Shown here: piece after piece, positions 35,335-45,324 of the stretch | Numbering within the stretch: the stretch's first letter is position 1 | How the letters are laid out: each line of letters starts with the position of its first letter | Assembly (NCBI GenBank): GCA_050246755.1 | Contig: JBFWVL010000002.1 | Coordinates: 128,001-192,000 of the forward strand | Direction: 5' to 3' | DNA length: 64,000 nucleotides | Origin: Bacteriovoracia bacterium | GTDB lineage: Bacteria; Bdellovibrionota; UBA1018; CAIPTA01 | Program-made: the position numbers and the translations under genes | The notes under the pieces: model-generated | What the model was told of the DNA's origin: nothing | Database searches by the model: none | Seen by the model: only the letters and a program-made list of their open reading frames with translations

Positions 35335-36489
35335 TCAGGGAAATTTTTTAGCCATTGCTTCCGCCGCCACCCTTCCCATGGAAGCGCTGGCTTGAATCAG
35401 GAAACCGCCGGTGGGCGCGTCCCAGTCCACCATTTCCCCCGCGCAGAAAATCCCCGGCATTTTTTTTAGTTCGAGACCATCGAGCTCATCCCAGCTCAGG
35501 CCCCCACGCGCGGAAATGCACTCGGAGAGAGGCCGGGGCTCGAGCAGCTGAAGGGGTAAATGCTTCAGCGCGTGGGCCACTTTTTCCACGCTCGCGAAGG
35601 CATCCCGAGGGGCGAGAGCGCGGAAAATAGCCAGGGCACCGGGAGAGAGCTTGGCGGTTTTTTCCACTTTCGCTTCTATGCTTCCCGGAGTGGAGCGTAG
35701 GCGTTCCGTTAGCTTGCCCAATTCTACGTCGGGCTTAAGGTCCATCGTGGCGGGGCCGGGGCAGCCCACGGTATATACCGGAGTTCCCTCGAGGCCGTAG
35801 GTGGTGATCATGAGCTCGCCTTGCCGCGAGCCGCGGGCGGTGGTGAGGTTGAGGCCCTTGATGGGCTTGCCCTCGTGGGCAGTAAAAAATTCTGGCGAAG
35901 CCGCGAAAGCATACCCCGCGTTGGCGGAAGTAAAGGGCGTGAAAGCGATTTTCCGTTGCGTAAAAATCCCGGGCCAGAGGGGGGGAGCATCCTCCCAGCT
36001 CGGCCCGCCCAGCGCGAGCAGTGCGGCCGCCGCGCTGGCTTCCTTCCCAGACGCGAACCGCAGCGATACTTTTCCCTCTCGCGAAGCGAAGTCCACGAGT
36101 TCTTCGCCAAAATGAAAAGTAACCCCTGATTCTTCGAGCTTCGTTTTCCAAGTACCGAGCAGCCTTCCGGCAGTTTTATTTTCTAGAAAATAGCGGCGCC
36201 CGCTACCGAGAAACGTTTCCTCGCCGAGCGAACGGAGGAGCTTCAGCCAAGGTTCACGGCCGAATTTTTCGAAGCAGCCGTTCAGTTCATTCTTTCGCGC
36301 GAAGTAATGGGAGGAAAGCTCCGAATCGGGGCAGTCGTAGGCTACGTTGAGCCCCGAGGCTCCGGCTACCAGCAGCTTCCAGCCCGGCGCGGCCCGGCGT
36401 TCGGCGATATGCACGGATTTACCCGCCTTGCTCAGGTAATCCGCCGCCACTAAGGCCGCCGGCCCTGAGCCTATGATCCAATAGTCCAT
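35335..36489 (-). CDS. HI0933/BaiN-like flavoprotein
   Basis: GSGPA, KLLVAG.SGLN, ALGG.SW, GEMVDWDAPTGGF. Confidence 0.9.
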   Translation of the reverse strand: MDYWIIGSGPAALVAADYLSKAGKSVHIAERRAAPGWKLLVAGASGLNVAYDCPDSELSSHYFARKNELNGCFEKFGREPWLKLLRSLGEETFLGSGRRYFLENKTAGRLLGTWKTKLEESGVTFHFGEELVDFASREGKVSLRFASGKEASAAAALLALGGPSWEDAPPLWPGIFTQRKIAFTPFTSANAGYAFAASPEFFTAHEGKPIKGLNLTTARGSRQGELMITTYGLEGTPVYTVGCPGPATMDLKPDVELGKLTERLRSTPGSIEAKVEKTAKLSPGALAIFRALAPRDAFASVEKVAHALKHLPLQLLEPRPLSECISARGGLSWDELDGLELKKMPGIFCAGEMVDWDAPTGGFLIQASASMGRVAAEAMAKKFP

Positions 36490-36574
36490 AGCCTTTTATA
36501 CTGAACAGAAGTGGTTCTGGCCACATGACTTTCGGCGTTAGGGGCGGTCATCGCCGCTATGGTAAACTAATGCG

Positions 36575-37633
36575 ATGAAAAACCATTCCATTCCGGCCCG
36601 GGGCCGGGGAGCCGTGAGCAATCCGACGGGACGTTTCGAGCAGGCGCAGGTGGCGCCCGAGCTTGATGAAACCTGGGAAGAAGAGATCCCAGGCCCGAAG
36701 ACCACTTTTTTTCGCGATCACAGTAAGAGCATCCTCACGCGCAATACCAGCCCGGATATTCCCTTTTCGGTAAGCATCAATCCCTACCGCGGCTGCGAGC
36801 ACGGCTGTATTTATTGCTATGCCCGGCCCACGCACGAGTACCTTGGGCTTTCGGCCGGCATCGATTTCGAGACGAAAATTTTCGTGAAAGAAAATGCGCC
36901 CGAGCTGCTGCGTAAAGAGCTGATGAAGCCCGGCTACGAAGTGGATTCGATCACCATCAGCGGGATCACGGATTGCTACCAGCCGGCCGAGCGGCGTTTT
37001 CAAGTTACGCGGCGCTGCCTTGAGGTGCTCGCCGAGTTTCGTAATCCCTTCGCGATCATTTCCAAAAACCATCTCGTCACCCGCGACATCGATATCATCG
37101 CCCCCATGGCTCAGCAGAACGCCGCGATGGTTTTCGTGACGATCACTTCCCTCGACGCCGATCTCTGCGCGTCCATGGAACCGCGCACCTCCCGGCCGGA
37201 GGCGCGGCTCAAGGCGATCCGGCAGCTTTCCGAAGCCGGGATTCCGGTGGGCGTGATGGTGGCGCCCGTGGTGCCCGGCCTTACGGACCACGAGATGCCC
37301 AAAATTCTCGAGGCGGCCGCCCAGGCGGGCGCGAAAATGGCGGGGTTCGTTCCGCTGCGCCTGCCGCACGGAGTGAAGGATTTATTTTCGGAATGGCTCG
37401 CTGCCCATTATCCGGACAGAAAAAATAAGGTACTCGCCCGCATAAAAGAAATCCGCGGCGGAAAATTAAACGACGCGAATTTCGGCAGCCGGATGGAAGG
37501 GGAGGGCGAATTTGCCGAAATGCTCAGGATGATGTTTCGCAATTACACGAAAAAATTCGGGCTGAACCAGCGGGAGTTCCACTTGAACCGCAGCCTCTTC
37601 CAGAAACCGGGAGAGCAAATGGGACTGTTCTAG
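36575..37633 (+). CDS. radical SAM protein (PA0069 / spore photoproduct lyase-like family)
   Basis: NPYRGCEHGCIYCYARPTH CxxxCxxC motif; GRGAVSNPTGRF; C-terminal QMGLF. Confidence 0.92.
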   Translation: MKNHSIPARGRGAVSNPTGRFEQAQVAPELDETWEEEIPGPKTTFFRDHSKSILTRNTSPDIPFSVSINPYRGCEHGCIYCYARPTHEYLGLSAGIDFETKIFVKENAPELLRKELMKPGYEVDSITISGITDCYQPAERRFQVTRRCLEVLAEFRNPFAIISKNHLVTRDIDIIAPMAQQNAAMVFVTITSLDADLCASMEPRTSRPEARLKAIRQLSEAGIPVGVMVAPVVPGLTDHEMPKILEAAAQAGAKMAGFVPLRLPHGVKDLFSEWLAAHYPDRKNKVLARIKEIRGGKLNDANFGSRMEGEGEFAEMLRMMFRNYTKKFGLNQREFHLNRSLFQKPGEQMGLF

Positions 37634-37703
37634 TCTTCTGGGGCGATCTGTCACTATCTTTTTTCGGCATACCTTCCTAAACTAATTTTAGGGAGGATTT
37701 TGT

Positions 37704-37883
37704 ATGCCCCAATCGAACCCCAATATCCGAGAGCCTCATCCCGAGAACAAGGGCGAGCGTAATCCGGTACGCTCTCTTCCCTTAAAAAAGGGAGCGGTCA
37801 AAGATTTTAAAAAATCTTCGGCCACGCCGAAGAACAAAAATATTCATCAGAACACTACGGTAACGGACGGAGAAGATGGTTAG
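37704..37883 (+). CDS. 59-aa small protein missed by the ORF track
   Basis: Strong SD GGGAGG before ATG; MPQSNPNIREPHPENKGERNPVRSLPLKKGAVKDFKKSSATPKNKNIHQNTTVTDGEDG; its stop overlaps the kinase stop. Confidence 0.6.
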   Translation: MPQSNPNIREPHPENKGERNPVRSLPLKKGAVKDFKKSSATPKNKNIHQNTTVTDGEDG

Positions 37884-39592
37884 GTAGGCGGAGCTTCGGG
37901 CGCGGCGCGCGGGGCGGTTTCTTGGAGGCCCAGGGCGGCATGGAGGGGAAGGAATACCGAGAAGGTAGATCCTTTGCCCGATTCGCTTTTGAGCTCGATG
38001 GTGCCGCCGTGGGCGGTCACGATCTGCTTGCTGATGTAGAGGCCCAGGCCTAGGCCGCCGATGCGATCGTCGGCGGAATTACGTTCGAATCGCTCGAACA
38101 CGCGGGACTGCTCCTCGGCCGGGATGCCTTGGCCGTAGTCCTTCACGGAAATAAAGAAACTTTCGTTCCGACGTCCGGCGTACACTTCAATCGGCCCACC
38201 TTCGCCATACTTGATGGCGTTGGACACGAGGTTGGTCACCACTTGGCCAAAACGAGTCACGTCGGCTTCTCCCGAGATCGGCCCATCGGCCTGGAGGCTC
38301 ATGCGCGAGCCGCTATTGGCGGCATCATTCCCGAGCTGGCTCACGATTTCGCTCACGAGGCCGGTGAGGTCGCAGCGTTCCTTTTTCAGCTCGAGCTTGC
38401 CGAGGCGGATACGCGTGAGGTCCATAAGCTCTTCCGAAAGAACGGCTAGGCGACGCGACTGCCGCACGCAGGCCTGGGCGAGGGATTTTATTTTTTCTTT
38501 TTCCTCGCAGTCGGCGGAATTGTTCGCGTGGCGGAGCAAGAGCTGAAGCTGCAGCGAGAGCGAAGTCAGCGGAGTTTTGATTTCGTGGGAGGCAATAGAC
38601 ATGAACTCGTCGCGGGTGCGTACGGCTTCCTGGGCTTCTTTGTAGAGTGCGGCATTCTCCTGCGCCAATCCCGCCAATTCCTGGGTTCTCTCCCGCACTC
38701 TTTGCTCGAGCTCCCCGTGGGAGCGTTTCAGCAATGCCCCCATTTGATTCACGGCGGTGGCGAGCTGGCCGATCTCATCGTTGGATTCCACGGGAATGGG
38801 ATGATGAAACTCTCCCTTACCGATGCTTCTAGCGGCGGCCGTTATCTGGGAAAGGCCGCGCGAGAGATAGCGCGTGGTGAAGAACGTGAGCGTGAGGCCG
38901 ATCGCCTCCACGGTGAGCACGGCCATCACGAGAATGGAGATCACCATGTATTCCAGCCAGCGCGATCCCACGCCAAGCACGTAGGAAAATTCCTCTTCCT
39001 TGGCCGTAAGCTGATCATTGAGCGTACGCATCTTCATTTGGGCTTCGCGTACTTTCGGGTGATTCGGCGAGCGCGTGCGCAGCTGCTTGTAGTAATCCAT
39101 GCCGGCGGTCTTGAATTGCTCCATCAGGTTATCGGCTTCTTCCCAGATCTGAATGGCTTTGCCGAGGTGGGGTTCCCAATGAAACCGGCGCAGCAGATCG
39201 ATGATGGGGTCAATATCGTCGGGATGAATATGGCCGGCCAGAAAACCGTTCCTCACTTCTTCGAGGTTCGGTTCTTTTTTCATCAGTTCGAGGCGCGCTT
39301 TGTGGTCTCCCTCGGGAACCCTTAGGTGAACGAGGAAGCTTTTATAGTCTTCCACGTTTTTCGTTACGGCGAAGCGCTGGAGGTGGAAGGCCGAATCTTT
39401 TTGTCCTTTTGACCATAAGCTCTCTCCGCCCACGAACGCGCGGACGGCCGAAAGGGTGCGCATGGCGAATTGGAGAACCAAGAGCTCACTGGCGATCAAA
39501 ACCGCCATCGTGCCGATCACGATATAAAAGCGCTTCGAGATCGACAGATCTTTCCAGAAGAGAAAGAGACTTCTTAATGGATTAAAGCTCAT
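37880..39592 (-). CDS. membrane sensor histidine kinase (HAMP-HisKA-HATPase)
   Basis: Two TMs, DEIGQLA HAMP, SHEIKTPL H-box, NLVSNAIKY, DYGQGI, GLGLGL. Confidence 0.95.
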   Translation of the reverse strand: MSFNPLRSLFLFWKDLSISKRFYIVIGTMAVLIASELLVLQFAMRTLSAVRAFVGGESLWSKGQKDSAFHLQRFAVTKNVEDYKSFLVHLRVPEGDHKARLELMKKEPNLEEVRNGFLAGHIHPDDIDPIIDLLRRFHWEPHLGKAIQIWEEADNLMEQFKTAGMDYYKQLRTRSPNHPKVREAQMKMRTLNDQLTAKEEEFSYVLGVGSRWLEYMVISILVMAVLTVEAIGLTLTFFTTRYLSRGLSQITAAARSIGKGEFHHPIPVESNDEIGQLATAVNQMGALLKRSHGELEQRVRERTQELAGLAQENAALYKEAQEAVRTRDEFMSIASHEIKTPLTSLSLQLQLLLRHANNSADCEEKEKIKSLAQACVRQSRRLAVLSEELMDLTRIRLGKLELKKERCDLTGLVSEIVSQLGNDAANSGSRMSLQADGPISGEADVTRFGQVVTNLVSNAIKYGEGGPIEVYAGRRNESFFISVKDYGQGIPAEEQSRVFERFERNSADDRIGGLGLGLYISKQIVTAHGGTIELKSESGKGSTFSVFLPLHAALGLQETAPRAAPEAPPT

Positions 39593-39676
39593 GGGTAGGC
39601 AAAGAAAATAACCGAATAAGCTCGGGAGTGGAACGGAAAAATCGACAAGAAAAATCTGAAAAAATGAGACTTTACT

Positions 39677-40324
39677 TTAGGATTTTCGGCCGAACTGCCG
39701 CTCTAGGTCCGCGCTGAAGTCCGACCAGAATTGGCTAGTGCGTTCCGCCTCCGGGGTGGCCGCTAATTTTACCCGCAGGTCTTGTCCTGCCTGGGCGGTA
39801 AGCACCGTGGAGCGGCGAGGGAAGGGACCGGAAAATGCGGAACGGAAAACCCTATTCCAGTCGAATTCCAGTCCCGGGTCCACCTTGCCGCGAAAACCAG
39901 CGATATGTTCGTGGCCGATGATGCGTTCCGGATCACCAAGTTGCGGAAAACGTTGGGCGAAGTGCCGGAGCAGTTGCCCAAGAGATTCGTACTGGGGGTC
40001 CGAATAGGGGAAGAGATTCCCGTTCAGGTTCACAATTTCCACGCCGATCGAGTTCGCATTCAAGCGTTCGAATCGCTTTCCCGCCAGTTCGTAGTGGCTA
40101 TCGCCGGCATGGGCCCCCTGAAAAATGGGGCCTTCCCAGAAATTTCCGTAGTCGTAGAGGTCTCCATTGGGGGCTAATACGAAATGGGCGCATACCTTAC
40201 TTTCCCGATTGGCGAAGATCGCTAGAGCTCTCTCCAAATCGCAGGCCGTATAGTGGAGCACCACGAATTCGGGTTCGATTTTATTCCCCGAAAAGTTCGG
40301 GCTGGAGGCGGGAAGGATGCGCAT
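39677..40324 (-). CDS. N-acetylmuramoyl-L-alanine amidase (Amidase_2, AmpD-like)
   Basis: VLHYT, AHF, AHAG, NANSIGVE, GHEHIA..RKVDPG-like motif. Confidence 0.9.
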   Translation of the reverse strand: MRILPASSPNFSGNKIEPEFVVLHYTACDLERALAIFANRESKVCAHFVLAPNGDLYDYGNFWEGPIFQGAHAGDSHYELAGKRFERLNANSIGVEIVNLNGNLFPYSDPQYESLGQLLRHFAQRFPQLGDPERIIGHEHIAGFRGKVDPGLEFDWNRVFRSAFSGPFPRRSTVLTAQAGQDLRVKLAATPEAERTSQFWSDFSADLERQFGRKS

Positions 40325-40389
40325 GCCCTTATTTTAGGCGAGGAAATTGGATGAAGGGAAGGGGCTAAGTGGTGAAATTTAGAAGAAAT

Positions 40390-41157
40390 TCAACCGGCCA
40401 TCGGCGTGGACTGCGCTGCTCCGCGTTTTTCTTCCAGCCGCTTTTTTAGCTCCACCGCGTTCGCCCACGCATGGCCGAAAGTAGTGTTGTCGAATACACA
40501 CCAGGCGGGCGCGGCGCGGCCCTCAAGCATGATTTGGAGGCTTTGCAGAAAACCATGGCCGTACTTGCTGCGGTAGATTTCTGGGCTGCCGTGGAGGCGA
40601 AAGTAGCTGAGCCCAGATTCCCAGGCCTCGGGGGTGGAGACGGGGCAAGGCTCGGGATCGGCTCTCGCCTTCGTGACCATAAAGGCTTTCAGTAGTTTTT
40701 TTGCCTGTTCGCTGGTCCAGGTAAAGTGACGGGGCTCCAACACGAGCGGCCCCTCGTAATGTTTCCTTACTTTAGTGAAGAAGTGGCCGGCCGTAGGAGA
40801 ATCGAACGTCAGCGAAGGCGGGAGCTGAACGAGGATCACTCCGAGCTTAGAGCCTAGGCCCAATATTCCAGTGAGGGTCGCTTCGAGCTGTGCGGGATCG
40901 GCGGCTAGGCGCTGCTCATGGGTAAAACGCTGCAAGAGCTTCACGCTGAAAAGGAAGTGGTCCGGTACCGTATTGGCCCAGCGGTTATAGGTTTTTGGCA
41001 AATGATTGCGGTAGAATGAAGAATTGATCTCTACGCAATTGAGAGTGGAAGAGTAACGTTCCAAATGACTTCCTTCGACGGGGAAAAAAAGGGACTCCGT
41101 TTTGGGAATATTCCAGCCCGCCGTTCCAATCAGGGCTTTTTTCTCTTCGCTGGGCAT
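40390..41157 (-). CDS. DUF72 family protein
   Basis: IGTAGW, VEINSSFY, QLPPS, EPRH, YFRLHG, FDN. Start uncertain (41157, 41193 or 41220). Confidence 0.9.
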   Translation of the reverse strand: MPSEEKKALIGTAGWNIPKTESLFFPVEGSHLERYSSTLNCVEINSSFYRNHLPKTYNRWANTVPDHFLFSVKLLQRFTHEQRLAADPAQLEATLTGILGLGSKLGVILVQLPPSLTFDSPTAGHFFTKVRKHYEGPLVLEPRHFTWTSEQAKKLLKAFMVTKARADPEPCPVSTPEAWESGLSYFRLHGSPEIYRSKYGHGFLQSLQIMLEGRAAPAWCVFDNTTFGHAWANAVELKKRLEEKRGAAQSTPMAG

Positions 41158-41252
41158 TTTGCCACTATTTACCGGGTGGTTCTCTATTTGCATCGTGTGC
41201 TCCATGAATCGTGTTTGCAATGTTCGTGCAAAAGCAACTAGGAGAGAAGACG

Positions 41253-41501
41253 ATGACGAAAAGAAAAAATAACCCAGATCACAATCCCACCAAGGATAAG
41301 GCGCCGGTGGAAGAACCAGGTAAAGAGCGGAGCGGGATGGTGCTAGCGGATGACTCCGACTTCGATCCCGATTTAGATGAGCTGGAAGACTATGAGATGG
41401 CGGATATGCAGTCGATTCGTGAGATCATCATGCTAGACCCTAATGATATTGAATTCCGCCAGCGTCACTCCGAGGTAAACGAACTCGACAACGCGGCCTA
41501 A
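41253..41501 (+). CDS. small acidic hypothetical protein
   Basis: SD AGGAG before ATG 41253; basic N-terminus, very Asp/Glu-rich remainder. Confidence 0.65.
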   Translation: MTKRKNNPDHNPTKDKAPVEEPGKERSGMVLADDSDFDPDLDELEDYEMADMQSIREIIMLDPNDIEFRQRHSEVNELDNAA

Positions 41502-41514
41502 GTTACGAGGTTTC

Positions 41515-42492
41515 ATGTTGCCGAAGCGGATATTCCTTTTTCTCCTCTTATTTTTTGGAGTATTCGCCGTCGTTGGGGGATTTTACCTGCGCAGCCGCGT
41601 GGAGCCTCTGGTGAAGCAAAAGCTTCAAGAGGCTTGCCCCTCCTGCAAAATAAACTGGGGTAGCTTTTCTTTCGGCCTCCGCGGGGTTTCTTTTCGCGAC
41701 CTCGAATTTGAGTCTCCACCCCGTCAAATCACCCGCTACTCGGCCAAGGTTCGCCGCTTGGATATCGTGGTGAACTGGCGGCAGGCCAAAAAGAAGCTGC
41801 TCGATCTGCGCAGCGTGGCCGTGGACGGCGCCGATATCAAGGTTATGGAAATCGAGGGGCATAATCCACCCGGCCCGGGTCCGCAGGCGCTTTTCGCCAT
41901 TCGCGGCATCACCTTCTCGGATTCCACCTTCACCTACGAAATCCGTGAAAAAGGAAAGTTCGGCCGCGTAAGGCTAGACAAGATCCAAGCTTCGATTTCG
42001 GCGCTCGGCACCTTTCCCGAGCTGAAGGATCAGCCCGTGGTGGGCAAGGCGAAGGCCAGGCTCGAGCAATCGGGGCAGGTCGACCTCGAAGTGGAGGCCC
42101 CGCTTTTCCGCGATATCCCAAAAGTTTTGGTGAAGCTTTCTCTGGCGGACCAGCGGCTGCCCGAGCTGAACGAATATTTCACCCCCATCGACGGGGTGGA
42201 ATTGAGTGGCCGGGTGATCCAGGGGAACGCCTCCGCGGAAGTCGACGGGAAACTCCTGAGCGCCTGGGCCGATATCCGCTACGAAAAATTCGACGTCCGT
42301 TTTTTGCGCACGAAGCAGAGAGGAGGACTAAAAGCCTTTCTCTCTAATATCGTGGCCGACCTAAAGCTGGATCCCAAGAAGGTGACGGCCGACAGTAAAT
42401 CCGTAGGAATCCACCGCCGCCCGTTGGAGTCTATGGTGAGCTTCGTGCTGCGGGGCCTGAAAGAGGCGGCGCTCAAGGTGGCCACGATCTAA
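41515..42492 (+). CDS. AsmA/DUF748-like membrane-anchored protein
   Basis: N-terminal TM followed by a beta-rich repeat architecture typical of the AsmA-like superfamily. Confidence 0.65.
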   Translation: MLPKRIFLFLLLFFGVFAVVGGFYLRSRVEPLVKQKLQEACPSCKINWGSFSFGLRGVSFRDLEFESPPRQITRYSAKVRRLDIVVNWRQAKKKLLDLRSVAVDGADIKVMEIEGHNPPGPGPQALFAIRGITFSDSTFTYEIREKGKFGRVRLDKIQASISALGTFPELKDQPVVGKAKARLEQSGQVDLEVEAPLFRDIPKVLVKLSLADQRLPELNEYFTPIDGVELSGRVIQGNASAEVDGKLLSAWADIRYEKFDVRFLRTKQRGGLKAFLSNIVADLKLDPKKVTADSKSVGIHRRPLESMVSFVLRGLKEAALKVATI

Positions 42493-42545
42493 GTTCTTTT
42501 ATGATGCGGATTGCCAGGTGGGCCTCGAGCTAGTAATCTCGCCCC

Positions 42546-44177
42546 ATGCTGCAGATCGCGAATATTTCCAAGAATTACGGTTCCAAGGTGCTGTTTAAAA
42601 ATGCCTCATTCCAGGTGAATAGCGGCGAAAAAATCGGCCTCGTGGGCCCCAACGGTGCGGGAAAGACCACGATCTTCCGCATGATCTCGGGTGAGGAATC
42701 CCCCGATGAAGGTGCCGTAGTGAAAACCGGCCGTCCCGTGATCGGCTATTTCTCCCAGAGCACCGGCGAAATGGCGGGCCGTTCCGCCATCGAAGAAGCG
42801 ATGAGCGCCGTGGGCGATATCGAAAAAATCAAAGAGCGTCTTTCCGTGCTGGAGACGCAGTTGTCCGAGCCCCTCGACGACGCCGTGATGGAAAAGGTGC
42901 TCGAGGAATATGGCAACCTCCAGAGTAAGTTCGAGGCCATGGGCGGTTATGATCTCGAGTCGCGTGCGGCCACGATCCTGACCGGTCTCGGAATTGGCCC
43001 TTCGCAGTTCCATTTACCCACCGAGAGCTTCAGCGGCGGTTGGAAGATGCGGATCGCGCTCGCCAAGATTCTCGTGCTCAAGCCCGACCTGCTGCTGATG
43101 GATGAGCCCACCAACCACTTGGACCTCGAGTCCATCGTGTGGCTTGAGGAGTGGATCCAAAATTATGAGGGCGCGCTCCTTATGACCAGCCACGATCGCG
43201 ATTTCATGAACCGCATCGTGAAAAAGATCGTGGAAGTAGACCGCGGCACCATTTCCGCCTTCACCGGAGACTACGATTACTACGAGAAAGAAAAAGCCAT
43301 TCGCCGCGAGCAGCTGGTTGCCTCCGCGAAGCGCCAAGATGATATGCTCGCCAAGGAAGAGGAATTTATCGCCCGTTTTGCGGCCCGGGCCTCGCACGCG
43401 GCCCAGGTGCAGAGCCGGGTGAAGAAATTAGAAAAAATCGATCGTATCGAGGTTCCCACCGAGGAGCGCGCGATCTCCCTCGAGTGGCCCACTCCGCCTC
43501 GCGGCGGCGACGAAGTGGTGAAGCTGGAGAATCTCGGCAAAGTCTGGAAAGACAAAGACGGCAAAGATAATAATGTTTTTTCGGGCGCTTCCGCGATCGT
43601 GCGCCGGCTGGACCGAGTGGCGGTGGTGGGCGTGAACGGAGCCGGAAAATCAACGCTCCTGAAGATCATCACGGGCTATGCGGACGCCACTGAGGGCCGG
43701 GCGGTTCTGGGTTCCGGAGTGAAGCTCGGTTATTTCAGTCAGAATTCCCTCGACGTGCTCGATCCGAAGCGCACCGTGCTCGAGGAGCTCCAGAGCGTGA
43801 ATCCCCATGCTACCCTCGGGTACTTGCGCAATTTGCTGGGAGCTTTTCGCTTTTCGGGCGATGAGGTGGAGAAAAAAATCTCGGTGCTTTCCGGGGGAGA
43901 GAAGAGCCGCGTGGTGCTGGCCACGATTCTCACTCAGGGTCCCAATCTCCTCGTGCTCGACGAACCCACTAACCACTTGGACATCAAATCGCGGGAAGCC
44001 TTGCTCGAAGCCATCATGAAATTTCCCGGTACGCTCATGATGGTAAGCCACGACCGCTACTTCCTGCGCGCCGTGACCACGCGGGTATTCGAAGTGGACA
44101 AGCACCGCCTCCAGGTAACCGACGGAAACTGGGAATATTACCTCCAGAAGCATGCGGGCCGCGTCCCGGGGCGTTGA
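42546..44177 (+). CDS. ABC-F family ATPase
   Basis: Two ABC domains (GPNGAGKTT/FSGGWKMR and GVNGAGKST/LSGGEKSR), DEPTNHLD twice, no TM segments. Confidence 0.95.
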   Translation: MLQIANISKNYGSKVLFKNASFQVNSGEKIGLVGPNGAGKTTIFRMISGEESPDEGAVVKTGRPVIGYFSQSTGEMAGRSAIEEAMSAVGDIEKIKERLSVLETQLSEPLDDAVMEKVLEEYGNLQSKFEAMGGYDLESRAATILTGLGIGPSQFHLPTESFSGGWKMRIALAKILVLKPDLLLMDEPTNHLDLESIVWLEEWIQNYEGALLMTSHDRDFMNRIVKKIVEVDRGTISAFTGDYDYYEKEKAIRREQLVASAKRQDDMLAKEEEFIARFAARASHAAQVQSRVKKLEKIDRIEVPTEERAISLEWPTPPRGGDEVVKLENLGKVWKDKDGKDNNVFSGASAIVRRLDRVAVVGVNGAGKSTLLKIITGYADATEGRAVLGSGVKLGYFSQNSLDVLDPKRTVLEELQSVNPHATLGYLRNLLGAFRFSGDEVEKKISVLSGGEKSRVVLATILTQGPNLLVLDEPTNHLDIKSREALLEAIMKFPGTLMMVSHDRYFLRAVTTRVFEVDKHRLQVTDGNWEYYLQKHAGRVPGR

Positions 44178-44239
44178 GGCATTTTGCGCCTTACCCAGGG
44201 CTTCTTTTCATTCTATGGTGAGTAGAAAGGGAGATCCGC

Positions 44240-44731
44240 ATGCACGCCATCTTATTATTTCTTTCCGTATTCGCATTTGCCGACCCTAAACCGCTTCATA
44301 TTCCTCTCATGGGAGCGAGTGGGCAATCCATGGGGGAGGCGCTAGTTAGCGAATCTCCCGCCGGGGTAAAAATTGCGGTCACGCTCTCGAACGTTACGCC
44401 GGGAGTGCACGGTTTTCACGTGCACGAGAACGGCGTCTGCACTCCCGTGGATTTTAAATCAGCCGGTGCTCACTTTGCGCCCGCGCATAAGGCGCACGGA
44501 AAAGTGGAAGGCGGCCCTCACGCGGGAGATCTTCCCAATATCACCGTGGGCAAGGACGGGAAGGGTAGGGCGGAGTTCGTGAACAAGAATATCACGCTCA
44601 AGGCCGGGCCGAATTCCCTGCTGAAATCGGGCGGTACCGCGCTCGTACTGCACGCTAAGCCCGATGATCATAAAACCCAGCCCTCCGGAGATTCCGGCGA
44701 CCGCATTGCCTGCGGCGTGATCCTTCCTTAG
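44240..44731 (+). CDS. sodC: periplasmic Cu/Zn superoxide dismutase
   Basis: HGFHVH, SAGAHF, HAGDLPN, GDSGDRIACG; signal peptide. Confidence 0.95.
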   Translation: MHAILLFLSVFAFADPKPLHIPLMGASGQSMGEALVSESPAGVKIAVTLSNVTPGVHGFHVHENGVCTPVDFKSAGAHFAPAHKAHGKVEGGPHAGDLPNITVGKDGKGRAEFVNKNITLKAGPNSLLKSGGTALVLHAKPDDHKTQPSGDSGDRIACGVILP

Positions 44732-44767
44732 GCGTTTCGCCGGGCAGAATGCCTCTGCTCCGGCCAT

Positions 44768-44784
44768 AGGGTATTCTTTTTGCA
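44768..44784 (+). promoter_or_regulatory. possible sigma54-like promoter
   Basis: AGGGTATTCTTTTTGCA, GG-N10-GC, 36 nt upstream of ATG 44821. Confidence 0.35.
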
Positions 44785-44820
44785 TCGTTGTTCCCGGGAA
44801 AAACTAACCGAGGAGCATTC

Positions 44821-45315
44821 ATGAACAAAGACGTAAGCAAATTATTTGAGCTCATCCGCGAAACCAAGATCTGCATGCTCACCACGCAGGACGCAGAGGG
44901 AAACCTACGCAGCCGGCCGATGGCCAACCAAGCCGAGTTTCCCGACGAGAATCTCTGGTTCTTCACCGACAAAGATTCCCCGAAAGTAAAGGAGATCGAT
45001 GGGGCGGCCGCCGTGAACCTGAGTTACGGAGAACCCGGCAAGAATCACTACGTGTCTGTTTCCGGCCACGCTTCTTTAGTGAAGGATCGCGAGCTGATGA
45101 AGAAATTCTGGAAGCCTATTTATAAAGCTTGGTTCCCGGAGGGACTCGACGATCCCTCGATTTCGCTTTTAAAAGTGACGATCGATAAGGCGGAATATTG
45201 GGATTCGCCGTCGAGCATCGCCGTGCAGCTGATCGGTTTCACCAAGGCGATTCTCACGGGGAAACGGTATGCTCCCAAAGACGGGCACAAAAAAATTGAT
45301 TCCGTGATGCACTAA
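44821..45315 (+). CDS. pyridoxamine 5'-phosphate oxidase-like general stress protein
   Basis: MLTT...LRSRPM, LWFFT, VSVSG.A, AWFPEG.DDP, AEYWD; SD GAGGAG. Confidence 0.9.
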   Translation: MNKDVSKLFELIRETKICMLTTQDAEGNLRSRPMANQAEFPDENLWFFTDKDSPKVKEIDGAAAVNLSYGEPGKNHYVSVSGHASLVKDRELMKKFWKPIYKAWFPEGLDDPSISLLKVTIDKAEYWDSPSSIAVQLIGFTKAILTGKRYAPKDGHKKIDSVMH

Positions 45316-45324
45316 ATTCCCGAA

